IMG/VR virus record: IMGVR_UViG_3300045988_163275
Coordinates: 32,001-96,000 of that record
Direction: 5' to 3' (one strand)
Origin: a virus
Lineage: Duplodnaviria > Heunggongvirae > Uroviricota > Caudoviricetes
DNA: 64,000 nucleotides
Position 1 is the stretch's first letter, and each line of letters opens with the position of its first letter. Below the pieces are notes generated by a model. That model did no database searches, had not been told where the DNA came from, and saw nothing but the letters and a program-made list of their open reading frames with translations. The translations under genes were made by a program, and so were the position numbers. Shown here in pieces: positions 8,739-18,113 of the stretch.

Positions 8739-8978
8739 TTATGATTTCGGATTTGACGAAAAGCAGGTTTGCGTCGTTGTCATCGTCGACCGTACTGAAG
8801 TGGCACACTGAATTTGGCCGTCTGTAATGGGCAGATCCGGCAACTGTTTAAAAACTTCCATCTGCTCATGGATACGCAGAAACCACCTTGCCAGCTCCAT
8901 CTGCTCACCGCGGGTGAGGGGATTATTCAGCGGGGACTTAACAAAAGCGGAGACTCGCTCGACAAGCAGATCATTCAT
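8739..8978 (-). CDS. hypothetical protein (79 aa)
   Basis: ATG at 8976-8978 overlaps TGA of upstream gene (ATGA coupling). Confidence 0.35.
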   Translation of the reverse strand: MNDLLVERVSAFVKSPLNNPLTRGEQMELARWFLRIHEQMEVFKQLPDLPITDGQIQCATSVRSTMTTTQTCFSSNPKS

Positions 8979-9664
8979 GCCGCGCACCTCTCTGCTTTCT
9001 CCTGCAATTCGCGAACGAACTCGACCAAAGAGCCACCTGGCGGGATCTGGCATTCCTCAACCAACTGGAAGTATATGTCTGCGGCCGCGCGTGTGTTCGA
9101 GCCTTTGTTTAGCTGCTCTTCGCGCAGCGCATCACGTTCATTAATCAAACGGACGCACTCGCCGTTACGCTGATCCACAACGGCCTCAAGTTCAGCGATA
9201 CGTTCGCCAGGAGTCTTACCTTCTTTACGTTGAATGGTGACGGTAAACTCACCCATTTCAGGAACGTCGTACCCCAGCTCCAGGTAGTTTCTGGCCCCGC
9301 TACGAACAAACTCACCGGCAAACATGGTTGCGAACATCGCAGAGGCCATTTCACCTTTAAACAGAGACTCCAAATCTAACGGAGTACCCGCAGCCAGAGC
9401 CGTTTTTTCTGTATCAATTGCAGACATGAATGCATCAAATTCACGAGCACGTTTTTCCAGGTCTCTCCATTGCTCGCTCCAACGTTTAGCAACGAAGTCT
9501 ATGAATGTTTTCGCGGATTCATCATAATCCCCTTCAAACTTAACAGTGCCTTTGTCAATGATGATCTGGTCTACTGCTTCCTCTGCATAACCTCTCATTA
9601 CAAATTTGAAAGGAAAGTCGGCATGGCTTTTGACGTTAAAACGCTCTAACGGAAGATTGCTCAT
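8975..9664 (-). CDS. hypothetical protein (229 aa)
   Basis: ATG at 9662-9664; no recognisable motif. Confidence 0.5.
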   Translation of the reverse strand: MSNLPLERFNVKSHADFPFKFVMRGYAEEAVDQIIIDKGTVKFEGDYDESAKTFIDFVAKRWSEQWRDLEKRAREFDAFMSAIDTEKTALAAGTPLDLESLFKGEMASAMFATMFAGEFVRSGARNYLELGYDVPEMGEFTVTIQRKEGKTPGERIAELEAVVDQRNGECVRLINERDALREEQLNKGSNTRAAADIYFQLVEECQIPPGGSLVEFVRELQEKAERCAA

Positions 9665-9705
9665 GTGTTTTTTCTCTTATCATATAGTCACTATATTCTT
9701 ACATA

Positions 9706-9728
9706 GATTAGGTAAGTATTTACCTCTC
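9706..9728. promoter_or_regulatory. palindromic motif B copy
   Basis: GATTAGGTAAGTATTTACCTCTC between genes. Confidence 0.5.
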
Positions 9729-11412
9729 ATTTAACGCGTTTAAAAACGTATACGCTGACAGTAATCCCGGTGTCTTCAAACATGTTAGTAAACGACTTCC
9801 CTTTGGCATAAACGTAATTATCCAGCGTCATCCAGTTTAGAATTGGCGCGTCGCCCGGCAGCACTGCTACCAGACGCCCACCGACTTTCAGATGTCCCAG
9901 CGCGGCCAACGTGTGCTCTCTGTGACGGCCAAGAGAGTAGGGCGGGTTCATGACGATTTTGTCGAACTGATAACCTGCGTTGTCCTCAGACCACTTCATG
10001 AAGTCGCAGCAGACCGTATTTGTGTACCCCTTGCCAAGCAGGATATCAGCGAAGAGAGGTGCGACTTCTATGCAGGTAACGTCTTCCGGATTGGCGTCGA
10101 TGCAGGCCAGCAGATCTCCGCGCCCGGCTTCAGGCTCCAGCAGCTTCTCACCTGGCTTCAGCTCGATGGCTCTGGCAACGTACTCCGCTATCAAACGCGG
10201 GGTAGGGTAGAACTGGTGTGATTTTGTATCCGGTATTAAGCCGGTGGCCACAATCGTATTGAGCGTATGGCCGATCTCATACGGGAACTGCCAGTGCTTG
10301 TTCTCCTGCACGCCGCCAATAAAGCTCAGTGTACGCTCCAGCTCTTCCACCTGTGACTTCTGAAGACCGGAATCAGAGAAGTACCATACGCGTTTGTCAT
10401 TGCCAGATCGCCCGTCGCGAAGCGCAGTACGCACCGGCTCGGAGATCGTCTTCTGGATTAACCCGAACTGTTTTGGTGCCCGTGTTTTGGGCGCAGTACG
10501 ACATGGAGCCGGGATTGCAGCGGGCATACTGTAAGCCAGCACCTCATTCAGCTTCCAGGCTACGTCAGGATGTATTTCAAAGTGAACGTTGCCGTTCTTA
10601 AACATCTTCACACGCATCAGGTTTCCGTCGACATTCATCCAGTCGCCGGTCTGGCAGTCATTTGCTCGATACGCAGCTGACAGCATCTCGGCCGTGCGGT
10701 TGATGGTGATAAATTCTTTGTGTGCAAAGAAATGCAACATGACGCGCAGGTCGTCTATGTAATCCTCTTTCCGGTAGTTAACGCTGACGCTGTCCCGCCA
10801 GAAATCGGAAATGCAGTCGGCGATGATCAGACGCTCGCTGAAGCCGTTCGTCTTATTGGTCTTGTGAGCAGGACTCAACGCCTTAAACAAGCCATACACG
10901 CGCTCAGAGAGATATTTGTGCCTGTCATTCAGCAAATTAAGCATCGTTGGTATGACCGTTTCTGCTTTGAACTCAGGTACACCAACGAACTCTTTAACCT
11001 TCATTTGATAGCCAGTTCTGTCAGTCTTGATCGTTTCCTGCTTGCCCTCGATAAACTGTTCACGCCACTCGTCGCGGCGGGATGCTGGCATGATCAGCAG
11101 AACGTTGGTCATATCCGTGACCTTCTTCCAGTACTCGGCCCAGATATTTTGTTTCACCCATTCCAGGTCGACTTTGTCCAGCCAGGTTCTGTTAAAGCGT
11201 GTGCGCTCGTCGTCCGGCCGGTGGTTAAGTCGCAGTAGACGGTTAATCATGTTGTGGCGTTCGTCGCCATAAACGAAGTCGTGAACCTTATTCATGAACG
11301 CAATCTCTTTCTCGCATTCGGCCACAATTTCGTGGATAACATTCATTTCCTGCCGGTAGTCAATACCGGTGTCTGGAGTGATAGAGTCAATGATGGAAAG
11401 GGCTGTATTCAT
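9727..11412 (-). CDS. putative amino-methyltransferase (likely DNA N6-adenine) with large N-terminal domain of unknown function
   Basis: C-terminal FYPTP ... LEPEAGRGDLL ... VMNPPYS motifs (AdoMet motif I then NPPY); ATG 11410-11412 (track ORF starts TTG 11430). Confidence 0.55.
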   Translation of the reverse strand: MNTALSIIDSITPDTGIDYRQEMNVIHEIVAECEKEIAFMNKVHDFVYGDERHNMINRLLRLNHRPDDERTRFNRTWLDKVDLEWVKQNIWAEYWKKVTDMTNVLLIMPASRRDEWREQFIEGKQETIKTDRTGYQMKVKEFVGVPEFKAETVIPTMLNLLNDRHKYLSERVYGLFKALSPAHKTNKTNGFSERLIIADCISDFWRDSVSVNYRKEDYIDDLRVMLHFFAHKEFITINRTAEMLSAAYRANDCQTGDWMNVDGNLMRVKMFKNGNVHFEIHPDVAWKLNEVLAYSMPAAIPAPCRTAPKTRAPKQFGLIQKTISEPVRTALRDGRSGNDKRVWYFSDSGLQKSQVEELERTLSFIGGVQENKHWQFPYEIGHTLNTIVATGLIPDTKSHQFYPTPRLIAEYVARAIELKPGEKLLEPEAGRGDLLACIDANPEDVTCIEVAPLFADILLGKGYTNTVCCDFMKWSEDNAGYQFDKIVMNPPYSLGRHREHTLAALGHLKVGGRLVAVLPGDAPILNWMTLDNYVYAKGKSFTNMFEDTGITVSVYVFKRVK

Positions 11413-11423
11413 GATTGCACCAT

Positions 11424-11456
11424 TAAACAAATTGTTTTCTTATTGGTGTTATTTTC
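11424..11456 (-). promoter_or_regulatory. leader motif A copy
   Basis: TAAACAAATTGTTTTCTTATTGGTGTTATTTTCTC upstream of 11412. Confidence 0.5.
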
Positions 11457-11513
11457 TCAAAGCTAAAAAGGCGTAAAAGCAGCATTCACAGGCGTTGCAG
11501 CTGATTTAAGACG

Positions 11514-11536
11514 TAAAAAGGGGGCTTTCGTCCCCT
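11514..11536 (-). terminator. rho-independent terminator
   Basis: minus strand GGGGACGAAAGCCCCC followed by TTTTT, 3' of stop of 11553..12125. Confidence 0.6.
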
Positions 11537-11552
11537 GTACGCAGGTGAGAGA

Positions 11553-12125
11553 TTAGTGGTGTACGTGCTGCGTTTTGTACGGCTGTTTGTTCAGGTTGTG
11601 GCGGTGCATAAGCTCGCGCATCATGTCTTCAAGACGGCTCTTGGTGTCGTCAAGCTGGTCGGCCATTGCCCCCAGCAGCTGGCGAAGGGCCATCGGATCG
11701 TCGCTGTTCAGCTCAGGCATTTTGAACCCAGCCTGGGAAGACATCAGTTTGAAAGCGGCCAGCAACATCGCCAGAGAAGACTTCAGCCCGGCGATTTCAT
11801 GATCTTTGCTGGCGTTGGTTTCATCTGCCTTGACTGAATCCAGTGAGCACTTCGGCTTGCTTACCATTTCCAGAGTTGCCTGAAGTTTGTCGGCGCGTTC
11901 TTTCTCTTCCAGATACGCTTCGCCGAAATGACGCGCCAGCATCACAATTTCAATCGGATCATCAATCATGCTTGAGAACTTGAGAACGCTGAAAAGGCGG
12001 TCAATAGGGGAGGCGTCGTCTTCGTGACCAACCACAAGACCCATGATCTCAACCAGTTCGGCCGCACCAACTTTTTTAATCACGCTTTCAACTTTGGCAT
12101 TAGTTTTTTTGCATTTTTCACACAT
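11553..12125 (-). CDS. hypothetical protein (190 aa)
   Basis: ATG 12123-12125 with AAGGAAG SD. Confidence 0.5.
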   Translation of the reverse strand: MCEKCKKTNAKVESVIKKVGAAELVEIMGLVVGHEDDASPIDRLFSVLKFSSMIDDPIEIVMLARHFGEAYLEEKERADKLQATLEMVSKPKCSLDSVKADETNASKDHEIAGLKSSLAMLLAAFKLMSSQAGFKMPELNSDDPMALRQLLGAMADQLDDTKSRLEDMMRELMHRHNLNKQPYKTQHVHH

Positions 12126-12144
12126 GTGTTCTTCCTTATGCTTT

Positions 12145-12178
12145 TAAACAAGTTGTTTTCTTAATTGTTTAATTGTCT
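12145..12178 (-). promoter_or_regulatory. leader motif A copy
   Basis: TTTTAAACAAGTTGTTTTCTTAATTGTTTAATTG upstream of 12125. Confidence 0.45.
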
Positions 12179-12333
12179 CAAATTCTATGATGATGTGAAG
12201 AGTTGCATTAAGGCGAAAAGACACGCAAAAGGAAAAATCAGGCATACCAGACATTTATTTAAAGTGGCATTCATAGCAGAATGTTCTCATTGCCGAAGTT
12301 CTATTCAGACGTCAGTCCCTAAGAGAGAGCAAA

Positions 12334-13293
12334 ATGTTTGGTAATCTTTTCAAAACGGAAGAAACTAAGGCCCGGGAGGGCTTGGAGTCTCATTATCAGA
12401 AAGTCATGAGCTTCGTTGCTGAAAATGATCTACATGAAGCATGGGAAAAAACACGCAATATCATTTTTCGAAATATGGAAGTTAGAAGCTACATCACGCA
12501 AAACGGCGCGTTCGATCGTAACGATTTTTACTATAAGTCAGCCAAAGAGAAGCTTATTCAAAGCGCCTTCACTTCATACCTACTCATAAAAGTTTTACCT
12601 CAGTTCTATGAAATGCATCTCACCACTTTGAAAAGAAAAGAAAAAACACTCACAACACAGGATGAATACGGGGTCTGGAACTTTGACAAGTGGTTTGATG
12701 AAGTAGACTACTTTTATGACAAGGTAGTAAAAGAGAAAGTTTACGATTGGATCGAAGAGAACACAGGCCGGCTCAACAACCTTTGGTTGGCAGAGTCGGA
12801 GGACAAGAATGCCTGGGGGCGGCCAGTTTACTTTAAATTCCAGTTGCCTGAACAATTTGATCGCTGCGCAATAAATCACATTATGACGGTGGTAGACAAT
12901 ACACCAGAACCTGAATTACCTGAGTACACTTCGCTACTGACCGGGCACGAATATGAGCATTTTGTCGCTGGGGAGTTTATGAAGTATGGATCCGACACCC
13001 AAGTAACTAAGGGCAGCGGCGATCACGGTCTGGATATCCTTGTAACCTATAGAGAAGTTCGAATGGCTGTTCAGTGCAAACACTACCAGTCTAAAGTAGG
13101 CAACAAAGCTATTCAGGAAGCATTTTCCGCGAAACAGTTCTACGATTGCTCCCTCGCAATAGTAGTCAGCAACAGCGAGTTTACCCCTCACGCCAGACAA
13201 GCAGCCAAAAAACTGGACGTTTATCTGTATCACCATGAAGATATACACTTAATAATAGACGCCATTAATAATTGGCTGGATGCGCCGGAGTGA
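12334..13293 (+). CDS. Mrr-like (PD-(D/E)xK) restriction endonuclease-domain protein, N-terminal domain unknown
   Basis: C-terminal GSGDHGLDILV ... VQCKHYQSKVGNKAIQEAF ... IVVSNSEFTPHARQAAKKLDVYL resembles Mrr catalytic domain; plus-strand, AT-rich, amid minus-strand genes. Confidence 0.6.
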   Translation: MFGNLFKTEETKAREGLESHYQKVMSFVAENDLHEAWEKTRNIIFRNMEVRSYITQNGAFDRNDFYYKSAKEKLIQSAFTSYLLIKVLPQFYEMHLTTLKRKEKTLTTQDEYGVWNFDKWFDEVDYFYDKVVKEKVYDWIEENTGRLNNLWLAESEDKNAWGRPVYFKFQLPEQFDRCAINHIMTVVDNTPEPELPEYTSLLTGHEYEHFVAGEFMKYGSDTQVTKGSGDHGLDILVTYREVRMAVQCKHYQSKVGNKAIQEAFSAKQFYDCSLAIVVSNSEFTPHARQAAKKLDVYLYHHEDIHLIIDAINNWLDAPE

Positions 13294-13328
13294 AGATTGA
13301 GGGGCTAATGCCCCCCCCTATTCGTCGG

Positions 13329-13517
13329 TTAAAAGAACCCGAGGATGCCGCCCACTGGAACAATGAAAACTCCCACGACACGCGCAAGTGTCACTCCGGC
13401 ATGAGACTGGAGATCGCCATCGTTCACAAGTTTCACCAGATTCATGATCCAGCCGCTAAACAAAAAAACGGTAAAGCCAACAATCATCAAGGTGAATTTC
13501 TGGAAGTTCCATTTCAT
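13329..13517 (-). CDS. hypothetical small membrane protein (62 aa)
   Basis: two hydrophobic segments (FTLMIVGFTVFLF, VVGVFIVPVGGILGFF). Confidence 0.3.
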   Translation of the reverse strand: MKWNFQKFTLMIVGFTVFLFSGWIMNLVKLVNDGDLQSHAGVTLARVVGVFIVPVGGILGFF

Positions 13518-13526
13518 ACAATAGCC

Positions 13527-14120
13527 TCAGTCACAGCAGAAGGAAGATCCGGAGTCGCAGGTCGAGCTGGAATCGTGTCCATCAGCATCCCATCCAGAGA
13601 GACAGGAGGTCGTTCGGGCAGGGGGGTCATCTGCAAGGCCGTGGTGGCAGTGGAAGTAGTTGTGCCCGGCATCAAAAGGCTCTGACCGGCTGGTACGGTA
13701 ACCGCTGCCAGAGTTGCCAAAATCACTCCGTAGGCCATTGGCTTCAGTCGATTTCGTTGAAAATTTTCCATGAGAACTGTCCTTGTGTGTCCGGGTTTCA
13801 CGCAAAACACGAGAAGCAACGCTATTACGCACCTTCTCCATGCCTACTGTCGTGCCCAGATTAGCTATGGCGGTAGCTTGCGCATTAATGCGCTTCTCCA
13901 GTTCAAACACTCGTTCTTCCAGTTCCGCAAGGCGTGCGGAAACACGACCACTAAACAGCTCGGTCAGCACCAGGCGAATTGAACGGGGACGTTTATTGAA
14001 AGAAGTGAAAGACGTTTGACGGGCCATGTGGATTCCATTCAGTGTCAGAAAGAGTTGCGGCTGGCCAAGCCGCCTTTTGGCGTTCCATCCTGGAACCGTA
14101 CCTAACCGGTACTTCGTCAT
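13527..14120 (-). CDS. hypothetical coiled-coil protein; 3' part overlaps an alternative frame
   Basis: ATG 14118-14120; N-terminal half has LAELEERVFELEKRINAQ heptads; C-terminal third is low-complexity and overlapped by frame 13514..13819 (signal-peptide-like protein). Confidence 0.35.
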   Translation of the reverse strand: MTKYRLGTVPGWNAKRRLGQPQLFLTLNGIHMARQTSFTSFNKRPRSIRLVLTELFSGRVSARLAELEERVFELEKRINAQATAIANLGTTVGMEKVRNSVASRVLRETRTHKDSSHGKFSTKSTEANGLRSDFGNSGSGYRTSRSEPFDAGHNYFHCHHGLADDPPARTTSCLSGWDADGHDSSSTCDSGSSFCCD

Positions 14121-14151
14121 CCTGACGATTTATAAGATACCTGATTTATTA

Positions 14152-14175
14152 TAGTAGGTAAATACTTACTTATCT
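14152..14175. promoter_or_regulatory. palindromic motif B copy
   Basis: TAGTAGGTAAATACTTACTTATC 32 nt upstream of ATG 14120. Confidence 0.5.
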
Positions 14176-14177
14176 TT

Positions 14178-14774
14178 TTATGACAAAAACCCAATGTCAT
14201 GCTTGTGAGGCATATCAGCTGCGGAATAGGCGGCGATCTTCGCCAGACGGTCACACATTTCGTTCTCGCGATGACCTGCATGGCCTTTAACCCACTTCCA
14301 GCGGACATTATGACGACTGGCGGCCGCGTCGAGACGTTTCCAGAGATCCACGTTTTTGACTGGCTTCTTCTCAGACGTGATCCATCCGTTACGCTTCCAG
14401 CCTTTCATCCAGAGCGTCATGCCGTTTTTAAGATACTGGCTGTCGGAATGCAGGATCACGTTGCAGGGGTACTTCAGACGCTCCAGCGCAATCAGGGCGC
14501 CCATCATCTCCATCCGATTGTTGGTCGTGCTGTGGAAGCCCTCAGAAAGCTCGCGCTCTTCGCCTCGATACTGGAGAACGATGCCGTAACCGCCCGGCCC
14601 GCCCGGATTTTTGAGGCAGGAGCCATCACTGAATACTTTTACGGTTTTGAGCTGGGGATTGAACTCGACTACGGGTGTGTTGAAATTGGTACGGGAATGC
14701 TGGTGGGTTTGGCATCTGGCTTTAGACTTCGTGCGGCAGCCAGTGCGTTGCCGGACTGGGTTCTTGGTCGTCAT
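14178..14774 (-). CDS. rnhA: ribonuclease HI with ~40-aa basic N-terminal extension
   Basis: [18 protein letters not shown] ... [11 protein letters not shown] ... HSDSQY ... [13 protein letters not shown] ... [15 protein letters not shown] match RNase HI catalytic motifs; ATG 14772-14774 with GGAG SD. Confidence 0.85.
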   Translation of the reverse strand: MTTKNPVRQRTGCRTKSKARCQTHQHSRTNFNTPVVEFNPQLKTVKVFSDGSCLKNPGGPGGYGIVLQYRGEERELSEGFHSTTNNRMEMMGALIALERLKYPCNVILHSDSQYLKNGMTLWMKGWKRNGWITSEKKPVKNVDLWKRLDAAASRHNVRWKWVKGHAGHRENEMCDRLAKIAAYSAADMPHKHDIGFLS

Positions 14775-15368
14775 TTTGGCTCCAGAATCGTGCGCCGCGA
14801 CGATTTTTGTTTTCTCGCGCGTGTGCGCACGCGTGCGTGTAAATAATAAAAAATTTTATAAAAGAAAAACTTACTTCCCAGAACAGGTTTTAATAAAACC
14901 TGAACTGAACGAACGAAGTGAGTGAAGTTCACCTCGAACGAAGTGAGAGGTTGTCTTTTCAGGTAATACTCTCCCAGGGAGGTGAGTACAAAATTTCCTC
15001 ACCAACCTGGTCGTTTCATAACCTGAAAAGTTATGACCTAAGTCTACTGCCAGCTTAGGCTTGGGAAGTTATGGATGACAGCACCCCAGAACCGAGATCT
15101 TCCCACACTTTATGAAGGGGAGTACTGGAATCAACCTCTCGAAACACTCCAGACTCGACAATCATAAAGTGACCCTTCTCTCTGCTCACTTTGGTTCCCC
15201 CTTCCCCAACCCCTAAACGGTGCTGGTTCTACGCTGGTAGTGAGCTTTTTTAAACCTGACGCCAGTGACGCAATCCCCCACCCATCAGGTCGAGCTGCCG
15301 AAAGTATCCGGAAGCGGATAGATTGTATCACTGGTTAGTGGCGCTTTGAATGGTAAGTACTTACCTAT
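14775..15368. other. ~600-bp ORF-poor structured non-coding region
   Basis: alternating GCGCGTGTGCGCACGCGTGCGTG tract, AT-rich block, direct repeat CGAACGAAGTGAG x2, several inverted repeats; only low-complexity ORF 15131..15331. Confidence 0.4.
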
Positions 15369-15370
15369 TA
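15349..15370. promoter_or_regulatory. palindromic motif B copy
   Basis: TGGTAAGTACTTACCTATTA; faces the non-coding region. Confidence 0.5.
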
Positions 15371-15598
15371 TATTGATTGATTAATTTCTCGCCCATGCAG
15401 CTGGACATTCAGAGCAAACACCTCATTGATCAGCTCACCCAACAACTGCTCCACCAGTTCTATGTGCTCGCCTGAATGAAGACACTTGAGCGACCATTCG
15501 TAGAGACTGAAAGCCTTATCGCGATCTTTCATCATGTCGCGTATCTTGGCCAGAAAATCGCTCTCAACGAGCGCTACGACGTTCGTCGGGTATATCAT
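15368..15598 (-). CDS. hypothetical protein (76 aa)
   Basis: ATG 15596-15598 with AAGGAAA SD. Confidence 0.5.
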   Translation of the reverse strand: MIYPTNVVALVESDFLAKIRDMMKDRDKAFSLYEWSLKCLHSGEHIELVEQLLGELINEVFALNVQLHGREINQSI

Positions 15599-15737
15599 GA
15601 TAATTTTCCTTACTGTGGTTCATAAAATCGATTCTAGAGCGTCTGGAGAGGGACTCCAGTGGGTTCTGGAGGTGTAAAACGGTCTGGGAGTTGTTTGGAA
15701 ATCACGTCTTAAAAAGCCTGCGTCTGTATATATTAAT

Positions 15738-15755
15738 AATTAGTACTTAGTTATT
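15738..15755. promoter_or_regulatory. palindromic motif B copy (degenerate) inside larger inverted repeat
   Basis: TAGTACTTAG flanked by CCTGCGTCTGTATATAT / ATATATACGGAAGCAGG arms. Confidence 0.4.
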
Positions 15756-15800
15756 TATATATACGGAAGCAGGTTCTCAAACTAACTCCCAGACTGGTGT

Positions 15801-16394
15801 TTACGCTGCCTTTTTACGTGGTCTCTTCTTCCTGACAACATTGGCAGGGTCATAACCACCCAGCTTTTTCATCACCGCCAGCGGTATCTTGCTGATGGTG
15901 TGCCCAGCTTCCTGACAGTAGCCACGGAAGATAAGCAACATGCTGCCACCAGGGTTGATGTTCACCTCCACCAGCCCAAGTTCAACATCCGGCTCAACGA
16001 ACGCCACGCGGCCGCCAGACAAGATGACGGTTTCGTTGGCGCATTCAGCCGCACGCTCGTACCACTGCGTATCGAGGGATTGTGGTATCAGCATGACCGT
16101 CGTCACTCCACGCGCCTGCTCGCGAATGGCTGCGTCTATCCAGGGGGTGATTTTGGAGTAGGGCGGGTTAAGGAACGCCACAGTGCCAGGTTCTCCCCAA
16201 CTGCACTTGAGCGCATCACGCTCAACACCGATAAAGTTCGGCAGGAGAGCATTATCTTTGTTGCAGGCGACGTCCACATCGAACTTTACGCCTATGTAAC
16301 GTTGGATGGCGACAAACAACCACTGCGGTGTGCGCCAAAGGTCGCGAAGAGAGGCATCACGCTCTCGCTTTTTGATTTTTTCGGCTGCGATCAT
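15801..16394 (-). CDS. dam: phage-type DNA N6-adenine methyltransferase (Dam family)
   Basis: DLWRTPQWLF ... DVACNKDNALLPNF ... FLNPPYS signature; ATG 16392-16394. Confidence 0.8.
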   Translation of the reverse strand: MIAAEKIKKRERDASLRDLWRTPQWLFVAIQRYIGVKFDVDVACNKDNALLPNFIGVERDALKCSWGEPGTVAFLNPPYSKITPWIDAAIREQARGVTTVMLIPQSLDTQWYERAAECANETVILSGGRVAFVEPDVELGLVEVNINPGGSMLLIFRGYCQEAGHTISKIPLAVMKKLGGYDPANVVRKKRPRKKAA

Positions 16395-16405
16395 TACTTT
16401 ACTCT

Positions 16406-16426
16406 GATAGGTAAATACTTACCTAT
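16406..16426. promoter_or_regulatory. palindromic motif B copy
   Basis: GATAGGTAAATACTTACCTAT 12 nt upstream of dam ATG. Confidence 0.55.
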
Positions 16427-16548
16427 TTTTTCATTTAATCCAACGGATAGCAAACAAAGAAGAACGCGCCAGATTCGCAAACGGGAAGCTCTCTGGCGCG
16501 TTTTATCGATGCTGGGTAAGCCAATTCATACCCAGCATCCTAAAGCTC

Positions 16549-17421
16549 TCAGGGTGCTTTAGATCGTGCAGAGGAACATTGTTCAATGGAATACTCCGCT
16601 ATGAATTTTTTGACGATCGGCGACTCTTTATTAAGCGTTAGATTTCCACCTTCTCTGGTGGCAATGCCTGTGGCCGGAAACACAGCCATCATCTGGCCAG
16701 CCTGAGTCGAAGCCGTGTTAAGTGGATATGGTTTCTCCGGGTAGCTCATTAGCGCCAGTTTGATGCTATTGCTGGTCGCCGTGTTCGTATCAAGAATATG
16801 GCGCATTGCGATTACCGTGTAGACGCTGATTTCCGGGCCACCACTAAACCAGTTCAGGAGGTTTAAGATTTTGTCTTTCGCTTTGACCGGCGCGCCTTCA
16901 AATGCGGCAGTAAAGCGCTCACTATCCAGACCGGCTGTCACATAGAACGATTCATCCTTACCCTCCAGCGTGAAGCGAGGTTTGGTCGGCGCACGCTTTG
17001 ATTGTGCCTTCTGGTGTTTTGGCTGCTCTTCTTCAGGTTTAGGCCCAGACTCCACTGAAGGTAAAAGCGTTGGAGCTATATCGGTGGTCTCAGCGCTTCG
17101 AGCATCAAGTTCAGGTGTTGGCTCGTCCACTATCTCCGCAATAGGGCCACGCTCTGGCTCCTCGACCTTCACCGATTCGTGTGCAATCTCAAGCTCTTCC
17201 AGAACGCCACTCAGATCGCCGGTAGAGCTGACATTCATGACTTCATCTGCCACCGCCTCGACTGGTTTTGCGATTGCATCATCCAGACCAGAAAGAAGAT
17301 CGTCGATCTCGTCGACACCGCTCATTTTCGCAGCTTTCTGAACCGGTTCTTCGAGAGATTGCAGCATTGCAGTCAATTCATCCAGGTCATCGTTTTTAAC
17401 AATGTTTGAAACTGCGCTCAT
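16549..17421 (-). CDS. hypothetical acidic protein (290 aa)
   Basis: ATG 17419-17421 with AAGGAG SD (MSAVSNIV...); D/E-rich; track ORF extends to 17505. Confidence 0.5.
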   Translation of the reverse strand: MSAVSNIVKNDDLDELTAMLQSLEEPVQKAAKMSGVDEIDDLLSGLDDAIAKPVEAVADEVMNVSSTGDLSGVLEELEIAHESVKVEEPERGPIAEIVDEPTPELDARSAETTDIAPTLLPSVESGPKPEEEQPKHQKAQSKRAPTKPRFTLEGKDESFYVTAGLDSERFTAAFEGAPVKAKDKILNLLNWFSGGPEISVYTVIAMRHILDTNTATSNSIKLALMSYPEKPYPLNTASTQAGQMMAVFPATGIATREGGNLTLNKESPIVKKFIAEYSIEQCSSARSKAP

Positions 17422-17549
17422 TTTTAACTCCTTATGTTTTCGTTGGTGCATTTCCGCGTTTTGGTTGAGCTTATTCTGGCAAAACCTATCAGGCAGAAAA
17501 GTCATAACTACAGGCAGTTAAAGGAACTGGAGGCAAAGAAAAAGCGCCA

Positions 17550-18104
17550 TCAGGCGCTTTCGAATGGGAGTTTGAAGAAGCCGTATTTCTCTCGGGCTTT
17601 GAAGAAACACTGCATCATCAGATCAGTATCGTAGAGAGCACTGTGGGCTTTCTCACGGTCGTAAGTGAACCCAAGTGAGAATGCCAGCTCTTCCAGGCGT
17701 GGGCGCTTCCCATCCTCGGTAGCCCACAGGGAAAATAGAGTGTCAACCAGAGGGATTTCTGGCAATTTCACTCCATAGCTTCCGAACTCGTGGCGAATGA
17801 ACGGAAGGTCAAAAGCCTCCCCGTTATGGGCGACTAACGCGCTACATGCCCCCATATATGCAGCAATCTTACCTGCGTGATCAGCCAACAGCGGTTCAGC
17901 AGCCAGTTCTTCCAGAGAGATACCATGTACAGCCTGCGCCTTCGGATCGATGCTACGACGCGGGTTGAAGCGCATCTCAAGGCTGTCAATGCGCTTCTGG
18001 GTTTCCAGTTCATAACGAGATATCGCGATTTCGATAATTTTGTGGCCGGATGTGAAGTCCAGCCCCGTGGACTCAATATCGACGCCACCGACAATCGTGG
18101 TCAT
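17550..18104 (-). CDS. DnaQ-like 3'-5' exonuclease (DEDDh)
   Basis: GGVDIESTGLD, AHNGEAFDLPFI, HSALYDTD exo motifs; ATG 18102-18104 with AAGGAG SD. Confidence 0.8.
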   Translation of the reverse strand: MTTIVGGVDIESTGLDFTSGHKIIEIAISRYELETQKRIDSLEMRFNPRRSIDPKAQAVHGISLEELAAEPLLADHAGKIAAYMGACSALVAHNGEAFDLPFIRHEFGSYGVKLPEIPLVDTLFSLWATEDGKRPRLEELAFSLGFTYDREKAHSALYDTDLMMQCFFKAREKYGFFKLPFESA

Positions 18105-18113
18105 TGGTACTCC

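Noticed and set aside
13514-14120. Embedded spanin pair (i-spanin with o-spanin in +1 frame)
   Set aside because: The outer protein has no N-terminal transmembrane segment and the embedded frame has no lipobox cysteine.
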